From assembly GCA_977017575.1 (NCBI GenBank), contig CDRNVI010000169.1, positions 1 through 64,000 on the forward strand: 64,000 bases of DNA. Direction: 5' to 3'. Position numbers and translations under genes: made by a program. The DNA comes from Paramoeba atlantica. Its lineage: Eukaryota > Protista > Discosea. Positions 59,351-64,000 of this stretch are shown here, one piece after another (the stretch's first letter is position 1; each line of letters opens with the position of its first letter). The notes under the pieces were generated by a model. It searched no databases. It was not told where the DNA came from and saw nothing but the letters and a program-made list of their open reading frames with translations.

Positions 59351-60235
59351 TTAAAATTTGCTGTTTTGATGGCGTTCAAAAATAGAAAGAAATAATTCAT
59401 CAGAAACAAAAAGGTCATGAACGGAACCAGGATTCCAAAAAGCTGGAAAAGTTCCTCGTTTTAAAGTTGGTGGTGGTCTTGCTTCTTGTTCATTTTTCCC
59501 TTCTTTTTTCTGTCGCTCTTTTTCTTTGGCAATCTCAAGAGCACAAGTAAAGAGAGATCTATTGAATGGGTAAACTGAAGGGTTATCCAGAACTTGACGA
59601 ACATCCATCCATTCACAAAAAGAGATTTCTCTTTCACAGGGTGTTAATTGGACACTCAAAGCTTCAAGAATTAAGACGCAATACAAATCACTTTTTCCGA
59701 AGTGAGCATCTTGACGATCTCTCATAACCAACATTCTCGCAGACGCAACATCACATACGACTCCAGTCTCTTCTCTTACTTCTCTTACTGCCCCAGCTGC
59801 GATGGATTCTTTTTGGTCGACGAGACCGCCAGGAATTTTGAATCTAATTTTTGTTTCAACCTTTTCACTAACCACAAGAAGTTTGTAACAATCTTCAGGA
59901 TGAAAGACAAGTCCCCCAGCACCGATATGGTGTGTTGTGTCTGATGGTAAAGAACTTGGGAGATCTTGTGGGAGCCATCGAGTCAGAACTGCTTCTCTTT
60001 CATCAGCATGATGAAAAGAAAATCCATTTGATAATAAAATGGGAAAGAGTTGTGCGTGTTGAAGAGGGAGAAGATGAATCCAAACTCCTCGAACACCTGC
60101 TTCAAACCACTCTTTCAAACTCAGAGTCAGAACGTTTTCGAATTCCTTCCCATCAGTAAATGGTACATGTTCCACAATCACCCCACCATAACGATCTTTT
60201 TTCCAAGAAAGAAGAGAGGGTGATTGTTCTGCCAT
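59351..60235 (-). CDS. Nudix hydrolase, NUDT6/plant NUDT2-like, intronless
   Basis: DRYGGV, RGVWI, GFSFHHA, LTRWLP, and Nudix box GGLVDQKESIAAGAVREVREETG. Confidence 0.93.
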   Translation of the reverse strand: MAEQSPSLLSWKKDRYGGVIVEHVPFTDGKEFENVLTLSLKEWFEAGVRGVWIHLLPLQHAQLFPILLSNGFSFHHADEREAVLTRWLPQDLPSSLPSDTTHHIGAGGLVFHPEDCYKLLVVSEKVETKIRFKIPGGLVDQKESIAAGAVREVREETGVVCDVASARMLVMRDRQDAHFGKSDLYCVLILEALSVQLTPCEREISFCEWMDVRQVLDNPSVYPFNRSLFTCALEIAKEKERQKKEGKNEQEARPPPTLKRGTFPAFWNPGSVHDLFVSDELFLSIFERHQNSKF

Positions 60236-60395
60236 TGTTGCTTTTTCGAGACAAGGGCTGGCGAAAAAGAAAAAGAAAAAGAAAGTTTTAGGTGTCCTAT
60301 TTTAGGTGTCCCTTTTGTATTCAAAAGAATGCGGAAGAAAACAATTTCTCAAGAAATTGGGGAATGGAGAAAACAATTTTTTTTTCAAAAAAAAC

Positions 60396-62004
60396 TTATT
60401 TTGGATCTAAAAGAAGAACACTGCAACAAGTCAATGCACCATCAACTTTTCCAAGTTCTGTATTTGTGCATTGATAGATCTCTCTCCCTTCTTTTGTGTA
60501 GTGTTCTAAGAGCACCCTATTTTCGTTTTAAGAAGACGAAACACAATGGGAAAAAAGAAGAAGAAAGAAGAAAGAGAGAAAGGAAAAAGAAGGGGAAGGA
60601 ACCCGATGGATTTTGGAAACTCTTTTTGAGCTCTTATTATCATGGAATCATTGATTAAAACAACATTGGCAGCATAATCATCTTCAACTTGAAAAAAAGT
60701 GTATCCTCTCTCTTTGCAAATCTATTATTTTGAGAATAAGAAAAAGGAAAAAATAAGATGAAAACCAAAGAATAAACATATTGTTGAATAACATCAAATA
60801 AAACAAAATAGCCTCAGAGGAAATTTCAAAACAAATTTCAATTAACCTCAATGGAAATTCTTCACAAAATTAAAAAAACAACAGCAAACAACAACAAACA
60901 AAAACAAAAACAAAAACCGGTTCCATAAATTGCTTGGCTTTCTGAGCAGCATGAGAAGAACCAATAATAATTTCATTATCAAATCCCTCAGAAAGAAATG
61001 ATTTTAAATGAAGACCAGCTGTCACAGGGATTCCGTGGATTCTTCTCTCAGGAAAAGTTTCTTGTAGAAAATCAACCGCCTTTTTTTGAGAGAGAGAGAG
61101 GGAGGAGGAGGAGGAGGAGAAGTGAAAAAAAAAAAGGAGGAGGAGGATGGAAATTGAAAAATGATCAATAAAAGAAAGGTGAAAAAAAAAGAAAGAATGA
61201 AAAAAGAACTTTTTGATTTGATCGAGAAGATAAACCGACAAAAATATCAGCTCCGCCTCCCATTTGGAGGACATCTCCGCCATCTAAATGAGCGCCTTCT
61301 GGCATTTCTTTTGTCTATTTTGAAAGGAATGAATGAAAAAGATGTCAGAGAAGAGAAAAGAAGAGAAATGAAAAAAGAAAGAAACGAAGAAAGAAAAAAC
61401 AAAAAAGAAAAAAGAAAAAACAAACAGAATATCCCTCCTTTTGAAAGAAAGGAGAAATCTTTTGAACTTCAGGAGCACGAGAAAGTTGAGACATATTACA
61501 AAGAACAATAATTTTTCCTCCAACAGCAACAACTGGATCTTCGACAAAGACTGAATCTGCATGTTCGTTTGATACTTCTGCCTTTTATTTTTTTGTTTTT
61601 TGTTTTTTGTTTTTTGTTTTTTGTTTTTTGTTTTTTGTTTTTTGTTTTTTTTTGGGGGGTCGAGAGAGAAAAAACACAAAGAAAAGGAAGGAGAAAAAAG
61701 AAAAATGTGGTTGTTAGAAATGTGATTGTGTCTTGAGATTAGTTTTGAATTTAAAATAGAAAAACTAATCTTGGAAAAGATAAAAAAGAATTTTGAGACA
61801 AAAGCAAAAGAAAACCTTTAAAACTTCAACACCAATCTTCTTCAAAACTTGATAATAACATTCATGTTCTCGATTCGCTTCCTCCAAATCAACTTTGGGA
61901 GCGTCAGCATCCATTCTCAACGCTTCAGCAGGCAACTTTTCAGAGATTTTATCAGCCATTACAGCTCTCTTTACTCTTTCTCTTGTCTCTTGAGGAGAAG
62001 CCAT
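60396..62004 (-). CDS. DDAH: Dimethylarginine dimethylaminohydrolase (DDAH), multi-exon
   Basis: DSVFVED, LDGGDVL, VGLSSRSN, LHLKS (His), ELGKVDGALTCCSVL (Cys). Confidence 0.92.
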
Positions 62005-62566
62005 TTTGTTTCTCAAAGACTAAGTTTTTCAAACAACACAAAACCCAAAGTTTGGGAAAAGGAAAGTTCGAAACAACAACGAGACTCCCAAAAAAAAAAG
62101 TCGACTTTTCTTTGGAGGGTCGAAAAAAAAGGTCGACTTTTTTCAAGAGGATTCATTCTTTTCATTTTCAACTGGGAACTGAAATTGGCCATCACCTTGA
62201 TCAATTGATCCTTTTCTTCCACCGATTGAGAGTTAAGAATTAAACTGAATGGGTTGATAAAATGCATCAACAACAAGTCTTTTAATCAACTTTAATTGTT
62301 TTTGGGGTGCTTTTCCTCATTTGTCAAGTCAAAGAGAAAGAAAAGAATGGTTCTTTTCAGAAAACATCCAGCTTCGAAAATAAATATAACCCCACGAAAC
62401 AGGGTTTGTTGATCAGAACGAAAACTATGGTCCATATCATCTGGTCGCATGCCTGATTGTGACCCTGAATGAAAAACCAATTTCTATCATTCTTTTTTTT
62501 TTGAAAGCCAACCCAACCTTACTTTCACTTTTCAGTCTTTTAAAGAAAATGGAACCTCTGCTTTGG

Positions 62567-63268
62567 CTAGCGAGCTCTTTTGATCATTAAAAGGTCGACT
62601 TTTCTCGCCCTCGTGGGATCATAAATTTGTTGGCTAATTGTCTCAAATGCTTCAAAAACTCTTTCTCCGTTCAATGCACTTGTCTCAAAAAAAGGAATAC
62701 TCCATTCCCTTGCCAAAGCTAATCCCTCTTCAAGAGAGACTGTTCTCTTTGGTAAATCACATTTGTTTCCGACCAAAATAACCTCACTTCTTTTCTTTTC
62801 CTTGCTCTTCCCACCACAACAGAATTCCAAATGTTTTTTCGCTTCGTCGAAAGAATCACTTGAATTGATGGAGTAGACTATCACAAAACCCTCAGAATAA
62901 AAATTTTTCTTGGGAGGTGAATCTGATCATTTTCAAAAATTGATTACTCTGAGAAGAATTTTGAGGAAACAGAAAAAAATGTGATACAATCTTGAACCTC
63001 CAAGATCAGGCTCCCTACCCCAAAACTGAACATTTTCCGAGTAGCTGAATCCTGTTTCAAAACAATTCATTTGTTGAATAATAGAAGCGAAAACATCCAA
63101 CATTATTTTGTCAAACCATTGAACCACAATGAGGTTCGGGGCTGTCGTACAGGAGACGACTTCTCAAACAGGATTTTCCACATCCTGGCATTCCCAACAT
63201 CATAACACTTGCACTGATATACCTACCTCCCTCTATCTCGATCTCTTTCTTTGAACTGCGAGACCCCA
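62567..63268 (-). CDS. Atypical Ras-superfamily small GTPase with an apparent 1-nt frameshift at ~63140
   Basis: MGSRSSKK start, P-loop GMPGCGKS, FVIVYSINSSDSF, LVGNKCDL, FFETSAL. The G3 motif is degenerate and there is no CAAX. Confidence 0.75.
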
Positions 63269-64000
63269 TAACAAGAGCGAGAAAACTCTGAAACTGCTGC
63301 AGTGAAAGCGAAAGCAAAAACTTTCAAAAGACAAAAAAAAAAAAGAAAAATCAAAAAGCGACTTTCTCCACCATTTTTTCCCCTCTCAGGGTCCAATTTG
63401 ACTCAACAAAATAAAATTTTTACATAATTTACTCACAAAAACGAAATCGTTCTCATCTCATCTCATCTTACGAGAACAGAACAAAGACTGTTCTTGGATT
63501 CTCCTCAAGCCATTATGTCTCAGACAAAAGATCGTGATTGGATGGGAAGGAAGCGGGAGTGGGGGGGGGTTATTGATTTTGTGGTGCCCGAAACCTCGCA
63601 GAAGACAATAGAGAAAAATCAATCGAGAACTTTTTCCACCAAAACCTCTCATTTCAAGCCTTTTTTTTGTTTCTCTTTTGAAGTGATCGTCGCCAGTGTT
63701 TCAAGAGAAACAGATGGAGGAAGAGAGGGAGAGGGAGCTGCTGAAAAAGGAGATCGCCTTGCTGGAAAGAGAATTGCATCAGAGAGAAGGGTGGAAAGAG
63801 AGAAGAGAGAAGAATCAAACCTGAGGGAGTTCTTTGTCGATCTGACTGGAATCTCGAGACGTTTGGACTAAAGAAAAAGTCTTAGAGTTAAAAAAAAAAT
63901 GGAGAGAGATGGGAAGGTGTGAAGGGGTTCTTGAAAATCAGACCTTGGTTTGCTTTTATTGGATTCAACCAAAACTTTTGTTAAGTCCTATAATATCTTG

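Noticed and set aside
63320-64000. ORFs 63458-63652 and 63494-63871
   Set aside because: No coherent frame or motif; possibly the fragmented 3' end of a gene outside the window.

Overview
Eukaryotic, AT-rich, gene-dense window from an intron-rich protist. It looks amoebozoan (inference from a divergent alpha-tubulin, short GT-AG introns made of polypyrimidine/poly-T tracts, and the gene content). I reconstructed about 22 protein-coding loci by hand-splicing: SGT1, a DUF1499-like protein, a ~13 kb Furry/Tao3-like gene, an Sfp-type PPTase, a Dsn1-like protein, a kexin-like pseudoprotease, alpha-tubulin, a MYND protein, an atypical G-alpha, two chymotrypsin-fold proteases, an ankyrin protein, a double-homeodomain protein, a GOST 7TM protein, a BAR/SH3 protein, a VAMP7-like SNARE, an S28 peptidase, a Nudix hydrolase, DDAH, a Ras-like GTPase and two hypotheticals. 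There is also a U2 snRNA gene. The standout is a complete 2,031-bp PHIS-type (ISL2EU/Pangu-like) DNA transposon at 27794-29824. It has perfect 24-bp TIRs, an AT target duplication, a DDE transposase, and a divergent partner gene that appears to fuse an HTH to an alpha-crystallin/HSP20-like domain. A palindrome in its promoter echoes the TIR. Several single-base frameshifts in homopolymers suggest assembly indel errors, so frameshift-based claims are provisional. All family assignments come from motif recognition by eye, with no database searches. Multi-exon coordinates are gene spans.
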